Virus record (IMG/VR): IMGVR_UViG_3300044788_000047
Coordinates: 1-62,705 of that record
Strand: one strand, 5' to 3'
Length of the DNA stretch: 62,705 nucleotides
DNA from: a virus
Lineage: Duplodnaviria; Caudoviricetes
Part shown: one piece after another, positions 17,828 through 28,200 of the stretch
Layout of the letters: every line of letters begins with the position of its first letter
Numbering within the stretch: position 1 is the stretch's first letter
Position numbers and translations under genes: made by a program
Notes under the pieces: generated by a model
Database searches by the model: none
Told to the model about the DNA's origin: nothing
Seen by the model: only the letters and a program-made list of their open reading frames with translations

Positions 17828-18919
17828 TTAGTTGTTGGTCCGGTACGTTCTGATGCTGATCATCGCGTGATCGACCGCGTTGAACACGGCCTTCTTCACG
17901 CCGTAGATGGCCCCGATCGCGAACCCGACCTTATTCCCGTAGTCGAACTCTTTCTCGACCCACCGTGGCCGCTCGCCCCATGCGTAGGCCGCGGCCTGTC
18001 GCGCGACGAACTGCGCGTTGGCGCCCGGCAAGTTGCTGCCGGCTCCGTAGGTCGTGCTCGTCGCAATGTCCTCATGGACGTGACAGATGACGCCGTCCCA
18101 GATGCCGACCGACCCCTCGAAGAGCGGGTTGTCGTCGCCGCGCGTCTGCGCTTCCCGCTGCGCCTGGATCCACGCGGCGTCGAAGGTCTTGAGATCCGAC
18201 TCCTGATCGGGGTGCATGATGAGCACGTAGTATTCCTTGCTGCCGATCTTGACCGGCCAGAGCTTCGGCGCGGCCTTCTTCGCTTTCGTCTTGGCCTTGG
18301 TGATCAGGGCGGTCGTCAGGTAGTCGCCGACGTTGAGCGTGGCCGTCGAGGTGGCCGAGCCGCCGTAGACCGACGTGGACGGGGACAGGTCGATCGCCGC
18401 GAAGATGTCTGCGTCGATCGTCTCCGCCAGCCACGTCGTCAGGAGCTCCTTGGCGGTCATGCGCTGGTTCCAGGCCGTGCGGCGCTCCGACATGCGGCCC
18501 TTGAGCCGGACGGCGTTGCGCTTCTGGTCGATGGTGACGGCATCCGTGAAGTCCGCGATGGCTTCTTCGGAGTTCTCGAGGTCGCCGTCGCCGGTGGTGC
18601 CGGCCCCCTGCAACTTGCGGATGAACGAATAGGTGATCTTGTCGCCGGGTTGCCCCTCGAGCTCATCCTTCACCTGGATGATGTTGTTGAGTCCCCGGCC
18701 CATGAACTTGTTCCAGTAGATGAGCTTGGGCAATTCCACCCAGGCATCGCGACTCCACTTCTTGACCGTGGCCGCGTTGCCCGTCAGCCACTCCGAGTCG
18801 GCCCCGCCAGAAATCGGCAGGAGGCCGGAGCGCGCGAGGAAGAACGCATCGGGGATCGACAGCCCCGCCTCACGCCAGATCGTGTAGGCGGTCAGCCACC
18901 TCTTCAACATCTGCATCAT
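17828..18919 (-). CDS. Major capsid protein (N4-gp56-like), 363 aq with a 39-aa leader
   Basis: ATG at 18919 after AAGGAG; VKKWS, EL..QPGDKIT, GDGDLENSEE, IDQKRNAV, YVLIMHP.Q..DL, NPLFEG..G.WDGV, DYGN..G. Confidence 0.9.
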   Translation of the reverse strand: MMQMLKRWLTAYTIWREAGLSIPDAFFLARSGLLPISGGADSEWLTGNAATVKKWSRDAWVELPKLIYWNKFMGRGLNNIIQVKDELEGQPGDKITYSFIRKLQGAGTTGDGDLENSEEAIADFTDAVTIDQKRNAVRLKGRMSERRTAWNQRMTAKELLTTWLAETIDADIFAAIDLSPSTSVYGGSATSTATLNVGDYLTTALITKAKTKAKKAAPKLWPVKIGSKEYYVLIMHPDQESDLKTFDAAWIQAQREAQTRGDDNPLFEGSVGIWDGVICHVHEDIATSTTYGAGSNLPGANAQFVARQAAAYAWGERPRWVEKEFDYGNKVGFAIGAIYGVKKAVFNAVDHAMISIRTYRTNN

Positions 18920-18944
18920 GGCTCGGCTCCTTCTGCCTGTCCGC

Positions 18945-19880
18945 TCAGACGCGGCCCCCCGCCAGGTACGCATCGCGCACGGACTTGGGAAGTCGCGCAT
19001 ACTCCTCGTCCGGCATCTTCTCGATGTCGGTATCGGTGAGCACACGCGGCTCACGGCCCGTAGCGTGCGACAGGCGACGGACGCCGCCAAAGCGATCGGC
19101 GGTTGTTCGCACTTCGATGACGGGGCGCGGAGTCTCCTCTCGCGCGCCGTCGGATCTTGGCGTGGTCGGTTCCAGCTCACCCCGCTCCTCACGGATCGAC
19201 ACGGCGAGCGCGTAGGCGTCCTCGCCGGGATCTTCGGACATGAGGATCAGCTTCCGCCACATCACGGGGTCCCTCGGCTTGCCGGTGGCGGGGTCGATGG
19301 CGATCGCGTCGGCCACGCCGGACTTGTTGAGCATCTCGTCGTAATCATCGTGCTCGAAACGGGCCAGCTTTTGGCTGATGCGGATCACGCCCTTGCGGGC
19401 GGAAATGATCCCCGGCTCCATCTCGCTGATGATCTCGCTCTTGATGGCCGGGAGGGCCGACGTCAAATCCTGGGCTTCTTCGAGTGTCTTGCGGTTCTCA
19501 GCGCGTGTGGCTTCGTCGCGGAGTCGCTTGGCTTCGGCTTCCGCGTGCTCGTGCGCTGCGCGCTCCTGAGCCAGCTCGTCTCGGAGGCGCTTGCCATGCT
19601 CCCGCTCATGCTTGAGCGCGGTCCCGAGGTTCGCCGCCCTAGTCGCGTCATCGACCTTCGGCTTCGGTTCCTCGGCCCCAAGGACCTTCTCCTCGGGCTT
19701 CGCCTGGTAGACAACCTCCTCGGCTGGGGCGACATCCTCGCCCGCCAGACCGGGGTCTCCCTTGTGGTCAGGGAATGTTGGCGTCTCGTCGGCTTCGGGA
19801 GTCTCCTCGCCGGGCTCGAGTACCGCCGCCGCCGACGCTTCGGTCGGCGAGTCCGCAGACGCGCTCTTCCGTCGTTTCAT
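18945..19880 (-). CDS. Capsid scaffolding protein
   Basis: Acidic N-terminus, ALKHERE coiled coil, C-terminal IEKMPDEEYARLP; directly upstream of the MCP. Confidence 0.75.
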   Translation of the reverse strand: MKRRKSASADSPTEASAAAVLEPGEETPEADETPTFPDHKGDPGLAGEDVAPAEEVVYQAKPEEKVLGAEEPKPKVDDATRAANLGTALKHEREHGKRLRDELAQERAAHEHAEAEAKRLRDEATRAENRKTLEEAQDLTSALPAIKSEIISEMEPGIISARKGVIRISQKLARFEHDDYDEMLNKSGVADAIAIDPATGKPRDPVMWRKLILMSEDPGEDAYALAVSIREERGELEPTTPRSDGAREETPRPVIEVRTTADRFGGVRRLSHATGREPRVLTDTDIEKMPDEEYARLPKSVRDAYLAGGRV

Positions 19881-19968
19881 GGTCTCCGTCTCCTTACCCG
19901 TTCACGGCGGGTCGCCGATGCGCCTTGATGACGGGGTGGCGCCCCCGATAGTCCCCGCACGGGGACCT

Positions 19969-19991
19969 TCTACTGAGGGCCGCGCTGTCGC
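19969..19991 (-). promoter_or_regulatory. Putative late promoter motif, copy 1 (GCGAC-N8-CCTCAGTAGA)
   Basis: Intergenic, upstream of scaffold/MCP; one of four same-strand copies. Confidence 0.7.
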
Positions 19992-19999
19992 AGCTCACG

Positions 20000-20404
20000 C
20001 TAGATCCAGACATCTCGCTCGAGCTGGTTCGCAAGCTCATGGGCACGCCGGCCGACTTGGTCCTTGTAGGGCCCGTCGAGGAGTTCTTTCGCCGCCGTGG
20101 CATAGTCTCCCGCCTCGAGCGCCCCATACATCTTCGGGTTCTTCCCGACCCAGCCGATCCCTTCGTTGAAGGTGAGGTTGAGGAGGGCCCCCTGCCGCGC
20201 GTCGGAGAGACGCGACCAGAACGGCAACTGCAAACAGGCCGTGTGGGCAGCCGCCACATCGTCGCGGAGGATCTGATCGCGGGCAGCCCAGGACAGCGGC
20301 ACCGCCATGTTGTGTCCGACCCCGACCGTCCAGTTCCCACGCGAATCTTGATAGGGCGTCGCGCGGTCCCCTTCGTGTCGGCGCAACTGCTCGAAGATGT
20401 CCAT
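20000..20404 (-). CDS. Phage lysozyme (GH24, T4-like)
   Basis: HEG......YQD..G.WTVGVGHN (E-x8-D-x5-T triad); RQGALLNLTFN.G; QVGRRA. Confidence 0.9.
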   Translation of the reverse strand: MDIFEQLRRHEGDRATPYQDSRGNWTVGVGHNMAVPLSWAARDQILRDDVAAAHTACLQLPFWSRLSDARQGALLNLTFNEGIGWVGKNPKMYGALEAGDYATAAKELLDGPYKDQVGRRAHELANQLERDVWI

Positions 20405-22602
20405 CAGACGCCGGTGGCGCTCGGCGGCAGGTCCGCGCGCTCCGTCAACTTCTGGCCACCCGTGGGGAGCTGTCCACTGGGGTTCTGGACGTTGCCCGCC
20501 TCCTCGCCCAGCGGATTCTGCTTCGTCCGCGGATCCGGCTCGTTGAGCGCCTTGTGGGCGAGCGCGACGCGGGCCTCCTCGGGAATGTCCTCACCCTTGA
20601 GCGAGATGGACGTCTTCGGTGGCGGCGAGGGCTTGGGCTCCGTCAGGGACTTGGCCAGGGCCCGCACCTGCGCGACCAGCTTGTCGCGATCGGGCAGCCC
20701 GTCAGTCATCTCGACGATGGCGGCCATCAGGTATGGCGCCACGGCCGGGACCTTCTGCATGAGCTCCAGCAGATTCGCGAGCGCGCCCTGCCGGTGGGTT
20801 GCGGAAATAGGCGTCTCGGTCACCTTGAGGTCGTAACGGAGGGTGCTGATGTCGTTCAGGACCTTGTGCCGGAGCCCCGCGGTGGGGGTCTCGGACGGCT
20901 CCGGCCCGACCGGCTTGTTGACCTCGATGAACTCGAACTCAGCGGTCTCCGGATTGACGAGTCGGACCACGTCCTCGTCGCTGTACTTTTCCTGAATCCG
21001 GCGGGCCATCTTGGTCCACACGAGGCGCTTGGTGAACCGGAAATTGTCGAAGAGCTCGTTGTTGCCGATGTTGCCCTGCTGCACCTGGAGCTTCTTCGCC
21101 ACGCCGGAGACGGCGTGCCCTTCGCCGCCCTGCATCTCGGTGTTGACCATCGAAATCTGCCGGATCTCGTTGACCGCCGCCACCAGCACCTCGAAGAGAC
21201 CCTGGGGGATATTCGGGGGCGGGATACGGCTCGGCAACCGGGCCTGCTTCTTGACCGTATAGACCCCCTTCGGATCCCGGCTCTCGCGCTCGAAGGCGTC
21301 CAAGTTGGTCACGGTGTTCTCGTCCACAAACCATCCGTCCCCGCTGGCCTTCGTGAGCCAGGAGATTTGCGATCGCCGGGCATTCACCTCGTCTTGCGGA
21401 TCGCGCAGGTTCCGGACGACGCCGTAGACTTCGTTGCCGCGCCAGTAGGCGAAGAACGGGATGATCGGGTAGCTGGTTTCGTCCATCCTGAAGGGAATCC
21501 CCTCCTCGAGCACGTAGTCCGTGGCGGCCAAGCAGCACAGAGCGTGGATCTTCCGCTGATACCGCTCGATCACCTGCCAGTCCAGGACGCCTTTGCTCCG
21601 ATCGGCGACGGCCTGCATATAGCGTTTGAGCTTCGTCTCGCTCGTGGTGTGGTAGACCTGCTTGCCGTCCTTGTCGGCCAGGAGCCAGAGCGGGTAGAAC
21701 TCGGGATAGTAAACGTCGAGCACGCGCACGCGGTTCTTCGAGACGTCAAACCAGAAGTCCATATCCTGCTGGGGGCTCGAGTAGTCGCTGGTCTCGTAGT
21801 GGTCCTTGGGATTGCCCTCCGTGAGGACCGCGCCCTCCTTGCTCGCGTCCTGCGCCATCGTCTGGTTCTTGATCTTCGACAGCGCCGCCACGATGGCCTC
21901 TTCCCGGTCGGGATATTGCGAGCAGAGGAGGTCCACGTCCACCCAGCGGTGCCGGAACATGCCGCGCGTGTCGGAGAGATCGTACTTGTTCCACGGCGTA
22001 CACCAAATCCATTCCTCCGGACACTTGACCACGCTGAAGTCGATCGTGCCCTTGATGGGATCATCCGTGTAGTCGATCGGCATCTCGAAGCCGACGACCC
22101 CGCCGATGACCCCGTCGGCGAAGCCCTGCGAGAGGATGTATTCCCCGTTGGCCTCGTCCATGGACTGCTTGAGGAGTCGCGTGAAGAGCTCGGCCACGCC
22201 CACGTCGTCCTTGGCCTTGGGCGCCGCGATCGGATCGTAGCGGTTCATCCGCTCGATCCCGAAGAGCGCGTTACACGTCGGCTGGATGTGGTTGATCGTC
22301 AGGGTGGGGCGGCTCTTGCTCTTCGCCTCGCTGCGCTGGGCGTCGGTCCACTGGCCCGACCCGGTGTAGTAGCCGAAGTCGATCGGGACCTGCTCGCGGA
22401 GGTCCTTCCAAAACGGCTTGTCCCACTCCTCGCGGAAGAGCTCCTTGAAGTACCGCACCCGCCGGTCTCCGCCCTCGGGGCCCGTGCCTTCGTTGCCGGC
22501 GCGCTCTCCCCCCGGGCCCGATCCGGACTGCGATCGGACCATGGCCGTCTCGCCGAGTGCCTGCTCGACAGAGGGCTTCTTGAGCGGCGGCGCGTCAGGC
22601 AT
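20404..22602 (-). CDS. Portal protein (P22-like)
   Basis: 732 aa; YY.G..QW...RP.LTINHI; YPIIPFF...YGVVRNLRDPQDEVN.R.S; SGVA...Q.QQG; YDL.V...P...T.RQ. Confidence 0.9.
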   Translation of the reverse strand: MPDAPPLKKPSVEQALGETAMVRSQSGSGPGGERAGNEGTGPEGGDRRVRYFKELFREEWDKPFWKDLREQVPIDFGYYTGSGQWTDAQRSEAKSKSRPTLTINHIQPTCNALFGIERMNRYDPIAAPKAKDDVGVAELFTRLLKQSMDEANGEYILSQGFADGVIGGVVGFEMPIDYTDDPIKGTIDFSVVKCPEEWIWCTPWNKYDLSDTRGMFRHRWVDVDLLCSQYPDREEAIVAALSKIKNQTMAQDASKEGAVLTEGNPKDHYETSDYSSPQQDMDFWFDVSKNRVRVLDVYYPEFYPLWLLADKDGKQVYHTTSETKLKRYMQAVADRSKGVLDWQVIERYQRKIHALCCLAATDYVLEEGIPFRMDETSYPIIPFFAYWRGNEVYGVVRNLRDPQDEVNARRSQISWLTKASGDGWFVDENTVTNLDAFERESRDPKGVYTVKKQARLPSRIPPPNIPQGLFEVLVAAVNEIRQISMVNTEMQGGEGHAVSGVAKKLQVQQGNIGNNELFDNFRFTKRLVWTKMARRIQEKYSDEDVVRLVNPETAEFEFIEVNKPVGPEPSETPTAGLRHKVLNDISTLRYDLKVTETPISATHRQGALANLLELMQKVPAVAPYLMAAIVEMTDGLPDRDKLVAQVRALAKSLTEPKPSPPPKTSISLKGEDIPEEARVALAHKALNEPDPRTKQNPLGEEAGNVQNPSGQLPTGGQKLTERADLPPSATGV

Positions 22603-22605
22603 CGG

Positions 22606-23061
22606 TTAGGGGGCCTGCTGCGCCTTGGCCTTGGCGTCGAGCTCACCTGCGAGCTTGTCGCCCGCCTTGATTGACTGCGCTTCAGTCGCCGCTTCACGCT
22701 TCGATTGTGGGGTGGTCTGGGGCCGCGCCGCCGCCTGGCGCTCGCGCTCGGCGCGATTGCCCGCCTCGACCAACTTCCGACCGTCCTCGACCCGCTGCCG
22801 GTCGGCTGCGGCCTCCTTCTCGGCCCGCGCGACCGCCGCCGTGTCCTGCGCGTCCTTGAGACGCTCCAGGTCGATCTCTTCGGCCGTGCGCTCCCGCGCG
22901 GAATCCGGCCGGACATCGGCCTTGTCAAGCGCCAACTGCGGCAGTGAGACCGCTTCTCCGCCGATGTCGAGCACTGGGCGTCCAGTATCAAGGCTGCCGA
23001 TCACCAGCGCCGTAAGGGTTACTCGCTGGCCCATCTTGTAGACAAACGGCTTCGGCATCAC
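22606..23061 (-). CDS. Hypothetical protein (small beta domain + coiled coil)
   Basis: AAGGAG RBS; between TerL and portal. Confidence 0.65.
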   Translation of the reverse strand: MMPKPFVYKMGQRVTLTALVIGSLDTGRPVLDIGGEAVSLPQLALDKADVRPDSARERTAEEIDLERLKDAQDTAAVARAEKEAAADRQRVEDGRKLVEAGNRAERERQAAARPQTTPQSKREAATEAQSIKAGDKLAGELDAKAKAQQAP

Positions 23062-23069
23062 CGTCTCCT

Positions 23070-24527
23070 TTAGCCGACCATCCAGGCCCGGGCGGTCTCG
23101 GCGAGTGGTCGTGAGCGATCGTGCTTCGGGGCCTTCGGCCGCTCGACGAGTTTGGGGATGGGGAAATGGACGCCCATGCCGTACCCCAGAGCGTCGCCGT
23201 GTTCCGAGTGTTCATCCTTCACGATGGCCATCACCTGTCCCGACGGGGTCTTCTTGTAGTGCCACCCGCCGCTGAGGGCGCGGATCATGGCCACGGCTTC
23301 GGGATCCACCTGGACGACCGGCTGGCCGCCCTTCAAGGTCCGCTCGAGCTTGGCGCGGATAGGGCCCACGCGATCGGGAATCGGGATCGGGCCCCCCTCG
23401 AAGCTCGCCGGCTTGCCGGGCCTCGACGTGAGCATCTCTTCGATCGCGGTGACGGCGGACACTTCGTTGTTGCGGGCTTCCGGCGTGAGGCCGTTCGGAT
23501 CGCCGATGTCCTCGAAGTGATAGTCCATGATCCGCTTCCGGCCCTGCCACGGGAGCACGTGTTGCGCGATGTGCTGCTCGCAGCCGAGGTTGGCCCCGCG
23601 GATGGACATGAAGATATTGATCCGACCGATCGGGGTGATCTGCCACCAGACGCAGGTTGGATTCAAGCCGAAGTCCCACGATCGCTGAATGGGCACGCTC
23701 CGCAGGATCGGCAGCTCGATCTTGGACAAGTGGACGTCGCCGAACTCTGGGGTGACCGCCACGCCCAGTTGGATGAAGCCGACCTTGCCTTCGACCAGGC
23801 GGGCGATCAGATCGAAGCGGCCCATCGCTTCGAGGATGGCCTTGTTGTGGGTCCGGTACTCGGCCGTCACGCCCGGGTTTTCCCCCTTGGGGATCTCGAA
23901 GAACTTGACGGTGTAGCCGTGCGAGCGCAGGCGCTCGATGGTGTCGAGGTCGTCGCGATACTTGATCGTCCAGTGGTCCTTGTCGGGAGGGTTCATGGTG
24001 ATCTGCACCCTCGGCTTCACGCCCGCGGCGCCACCTTGGCGCAAGGACGTCACGGCGAGGAGCGCGTCTTCGGGGATGCCGGAGGAGATGTCGGCCGCCG
24101 GCGCCGGTTCCTCGATCCACGCGCCGGCGCCCTCGAAGCCCTGCAAGCGGTTCGCGTCGTCCGGCGTGTCGAGACCGAAGAAGTTGAGCTCGACCACCGC
24201 CTTGAAGAAGCCAAAGGTCGTCCGCATCCCGATCTTCACGACCTTGGGCTCGAGGCGGTCGAGTCCTTCGTTGGGCAACCCGTACTCCCGACACGCGCGC
24301 CGGATCGACTCAATCGTGGTGATCCGCAGATTCTCCCACGTATCCCGAATGACCGCCCAGCGCATCGGCCATTGGGAGACGGGCTGCTCGAGGGCGTGCG
24401 CGATCGTCGCGAAGAGGCCGGTCGTGGTCTTCCCTTCGCCCCGCGGACCCATCAGAAAGATCATGTTGTCCTTGCACTGGATGAACTCGCGCTGGGTCTT
24501 TGTGGCCGGAAAGGTGATCTCAGGCAC
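23070..24527 (-). CDS. terL: Terminase large subunit
   Basis: GPRGEGKT Walker A, AWIEE Walker B, ITMNPP, WDFGLNP nuclease motif, C-terminal EHGDALGY. Confidence 0.93.
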   Translation of the reverse strand: MPEITFPATKTQREFIQCKDNMIFLMGPRGEGKTTTGLFATIAHALEQPVSQWPMRWAVIRDTWENLRITTIESIRRACREYGLPNEGLDRLEPKVVKIGMRTTFGFFKAVVELNFFGLDTPDDANRLQGFEGAGAWIEEPAPAADISSGIPEDALLAVTSLRQGGAAGVKPRVQITMNPPDKDHWTIKYRDDLDTIERLRSHGYTVKFFEIPKGENPGVTAEYRTHNKAILEAMGRFDLIARLVEGKVGFIQLGVAVTPEFGDVHLSKIELPILRSVPIQRSWDFGLNPTCVWWQITPIGRINIFMSIRGANLGCEQHIAQHVLPWQGRKRIMDYHFEDIGDPNGLTPEARNNEVSAVTAIEEMLTSRPGKPASFEGGPIPIPDRVGPIRAKLERTLKGGQPVVQVDPEAVAMIRALSGGWHYKKTPSGQVMAIVKDEHSEHGDALGYGMGVHFPIPKLVERPKAPKHDRSRPLAETARAWMVG

Positions 24528-24870
24528 TCGCGACCTCAGCCAGCGCCAACGGCGCCTCGGCGTCCCGCGCCTCGACCTTCTGCGCCATCCCGTCTTCGTC
24601 CACGTGAAGCTCGACCACCTGCTTGCCCCCGATGTTCAGGATGAGCGTGCCATCGCCACCGGACTGCAACGCCAGCGTCTCCTTCGGCTTGCCGTAGACC
24701 ATGTGGTGCAGCAGGATCTCCATGTGGGCAGCCTCGCCTTTGAGGATCCGCTTCATCAGGTTTCGGCGATACCGAGGGTCGGCGAAAAACTTGCCCCAGA
24801 AGTGCTGGAGCTCGAGCCCTTGGGCTCGGCCGACGTTGTTCGGCATTTCCATGTGGATCGTGGCCTTCAC
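24520..24870 (-). CDS. Probable terminase small subunit
   Basis: 116 aa overlapping the TerL start; helical core followed by YGKPKE. Confidence 0.5.
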   Translation of the reverse strand: MKATIHMEMPNNVGRAQGLELQHFWGKFFADPRYRRNLMKRILKGEAAHMEILLHHMVYGKPKETLALQSGGDGTLILNIGGKQVVELHVDEDGMAQKVEARDAEAPLALAEVASA

Positions 24871-24874
24871 GGCG

Positions 24875-25132
24875 CTACTTCTTCTCCTCTGCCGGCTTGC
24901 TCTTGGCGAGCGCCGCCTTGGCGTCCGCGAGCTCCTTGGTCAGCTTGTCCGTCTTGTCCTGCTCCTGCGCGAGTCCGAGATCACACTGCTTGCGTGCCTG
25001 CTCCTGGCCCGAGGCGTACTTCACGACCCAGTCGGGGACGATCGACGGCGTCGGCGTCGGAGACTGCGCGAAGGCAAATGCAAAGAAAGACAGCCAGATA
25101 CCAAGTGCAACGACTAACGGGATGAGTTTCAT
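24875..25132 (-). CDS. Small exported/membrane coiled-coil protein
   Basis: MKLIPLVVALGIWLSFFAFAFA|QS signal-like leader followed by a coiled coil. Confidence 0.6.
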   Translation of the reverse strand: MKLIPLVVALGIWLSFFAFAFAQSPTPTPSIVPDWVVKYASGQEQARKQCDLGLAQEQDKTDKLTKELADAKAALAKSKPAEEKK

Positions 25133-25205
25133 CGCTCTCCCACTCCCCGGCGCGTGAGCGCCATCATGAGGAAACACCAGAGGACCATAGCGACCGCGCG
25201 CCCCA

Positions 25206-28200
25206 TCAGGTCCCCGAGCACGCCGAGGCGGACGAGGTGATCTGGCCCGTCGTGCTGATACAGAGAAACCGCGTCCCCGACACCGCAGGAATCGTCGGCA
25301 AGAACAGTGTACCGTTCATCATCAGGCGGAAGGCGTCGTTGCTCGTCGAGACCAGATTGTCCTGGTTTTGCGTGACGCGGAGCGCGATCCGGCTCGCGAG
25401 GTTGGAGGCATTGGTTCTGGGATAAATGAGGACGCCCTCGGCCCACGGTGGACCCACGACCTCGCCGACCCCTGCGGCGAGCCCGATGCCGGAATCGCTG
25501 CCGGTGAAGACGCTCGTGCTATCGCCTTCCCCGAAAACTTCCAGCGCGAATCCATACTGCCGGCTCGTGGCATCGACGAGTGTCGGCAAGCCCGCGGTCC
25601 GGTTCTGGACAAACTTGATGAAGGTCCCCGCGTTGCCATTCCCCATTTCGATGCCGGTAATCCCCGAGGCGTCAGCGCCCACGTCTTTCTGGCTGAAGTG
25701 ATAGGAGACGAGACAGTTGTTGGCAAACGAGTCGCTGGTGACGTTCTCGCAATAGATCCCGGTCTTGTTGGCGTTGCTGAGGTTGTTGAGCAGGAGCGTC
25801 ATGTAGGGATGCCGGGCAGTCGGGTCCGTGGTGGGCCCATATTGCGCGTGGCCACCCGGCTCCGTCACGATCCAGCGCGGGTTCCCGTTCGCCGTCGTGC
25901 TGTCCATCGTCGCGCCGGCGAGGAGGATATTCCGTCCGAGTGTGAGGTCCGTCCCATCAAACGTCAGGTTGGCGCTGGCCGCAAACGCGCCGCTCGCGTT
26001 GTACTGCACCTGCGTCGTGGAGCCGGACGGCACGGCGGTGACCGTCAACGTCGAGTTGGCCCCGGCATCTGCAAACGAGATATTGGCGCCCGCCGTGAGC
26101 GCCCGCTCGTTCGTGAGCGTGCCGTTGAGCGCGAGGGTGAGGTATTGGGCATCGGCCGGCGCCTGGTTCGTGGCGCACGCGCCGAATGACAACACCCCAC
26201 TGCCATTCGTCACCCAGCACTGCCCGTTTGTGCCGTCGGCGGTCGGCAGCGTCCAGATGACGCTCGACGCGATGCTATTGGGAGCTTTGAAACCCACGGA
26301 GTCCGTGCCGTTCGCCGCCAGCTCCAGGAAACGCACTTCGCCAGTGTTGCCCGCGCCAACCCCATAGGGCCCGGCCGAGAGCGCCGCTTGGCCCGTGGTG
26401 GTGACGCTCGTCACCGTGGGTGTCGCCGTGAAAGCGGGCGGGTTGCCAGTGCTGCCTTGGAGCACCGTGCCGGTGACGCCTTCCGCCGTCGCGGTGACGG
26501 CACTCGTACCGGCCCCCAGGAGCACCCCATGATCGGTGTGCGTGCCAGCGCCCAGGCCTCCGCGAGGGACCGAGAGCGTGGAGGCCCACGTGATCGTGTG
26601 CGTCGTGCCCGCGGAGACCATCGTGACGTTCGTATCGTCGGCGAAGGTCTGGACGGCCCCGTTGAGGCCGTTGAGGGAGGTGATGCCCGTGCCGGACCCC
26701 GCCGAGCACGCGCCCCAGGAGAGCGTGCCCGCCCCATCGGTCGCCAAGCATTCGCCATTCGCGCCGTCCACCGTCGGCAGCTTCCAGATCAGGTTTCCGC
26801 CGAGGGTATCGGCCGCCTTGAAGCCGACGTAGTTCGAGCCGTTGGCCGCGAGCTCGAGGAAGCGGAGCTCGCCCGTGTTCCCGACGCCGACGCCGTAGGG
26901 GCCCACGACCAGGGCGCCCTGCCCCGAGGTCGTGACGCTGGTCAGTGCAGGCGTGGCCGTGAAGGCAGGATCCGCGCCCGTCGCGCCGGCCAGGACGGTG
27001 CCGGTCGCGCCCGCCGTCGTCACGCCGAAGGGCGAGGCCGTGTTGCCGACGAGCACCCCATGGACGGTAAAGGTCGCCGCCCCCGAGCCGCCGTTGGCGA
27101 CAGGAAGAATGCTAGCCCCGACATGCGCCGCGAGATCGACGGTGCCGTAGAACGGGAGCGCGCCGACCCCGCCCGATAGCAACACGTTGCCCACGGCGAC
27201 GTCGGCAATCACGCCGCCGACGTTGGTACTCGTCGCGGCCAGCAGATCGCCCACGGTGAAGGCATTCGGCAGCGTCACGGTGGACCAGATCGGGTCGCTC
27301 GCCGAGACGCTCCGGAGATAGGTGCCCGTCGCGCCAGGGGCCAGGCCCGTCACATCCGTCGCCGTCGTGAAGACGGCGAGATGATGCACCGACGGCGAGC
27401 CGGAGGCGGTCACGGTGCCGGAACCCGCCGCCGACCACTTCACGCCGGTCGCCTGCGTCGAGTCCGCCGTGAGGACCTGGGTATTCGAGCCGACCGTCAG
27501 CTTGGTGAGGGTCGTTGTCCCGCTGGACACGAGGAGGTCGCCCTTGGCGGCATAGCTGGTTTGCCCGGTGCCGCCGTGGTTGGCGGCGATGGCCGTGCCG
27601 TTCCATGTCCCGCTCGTGATCGTCCCGACCGTCGCGATGTCCGTGCCGACGAGCTTCGAGGCGGCGATGGACCCCGCGAGCATCGAGTTGGTCACGCTGG
27701 CGCAGGTGCCGGCGGCGGCCGCCGAGAGCGCCGTCACGACCTGGTTGGTACACGTGGTCGCGGTCAGATTGAGATCGGCGCTGACGACCGAGCCGAACGT
27801 GGGTGCTCCAGCGCCGCCATGGAGCACGGTCGTCGCGCTGCCCAGACTGCCGAGCACCGTTGCATCCGCGCCGCCATTGCCCAGCATGAGCTGGTTGAGC
27901 GTCAGGTTTCCGAGGGTATTCGTGACCGTGCCGGCTCCGGCGCCCGTGCCCGAGGCGTGCCACGCCCCCGCGAAGTAGAAGTAGACACCGGCCGGGGCGC
28001 AGTCTGAGCAGTCGATGATCTCGCCGTCCACATGACTGGAGGCGTCGCGCTGCGCCGTCGTCATCTTCGGCGCCTTGAGCACCGAGCCCGTGCCGTCGGG
28101 GATGAGCACCTGCTTCGGGCGGATCGTCTGGGCGGGAGCCGTGCCCACCGAGACGAGGAGCAGCAATGGCAACAGCCAGGCGAGACCGAGATACCCACGC

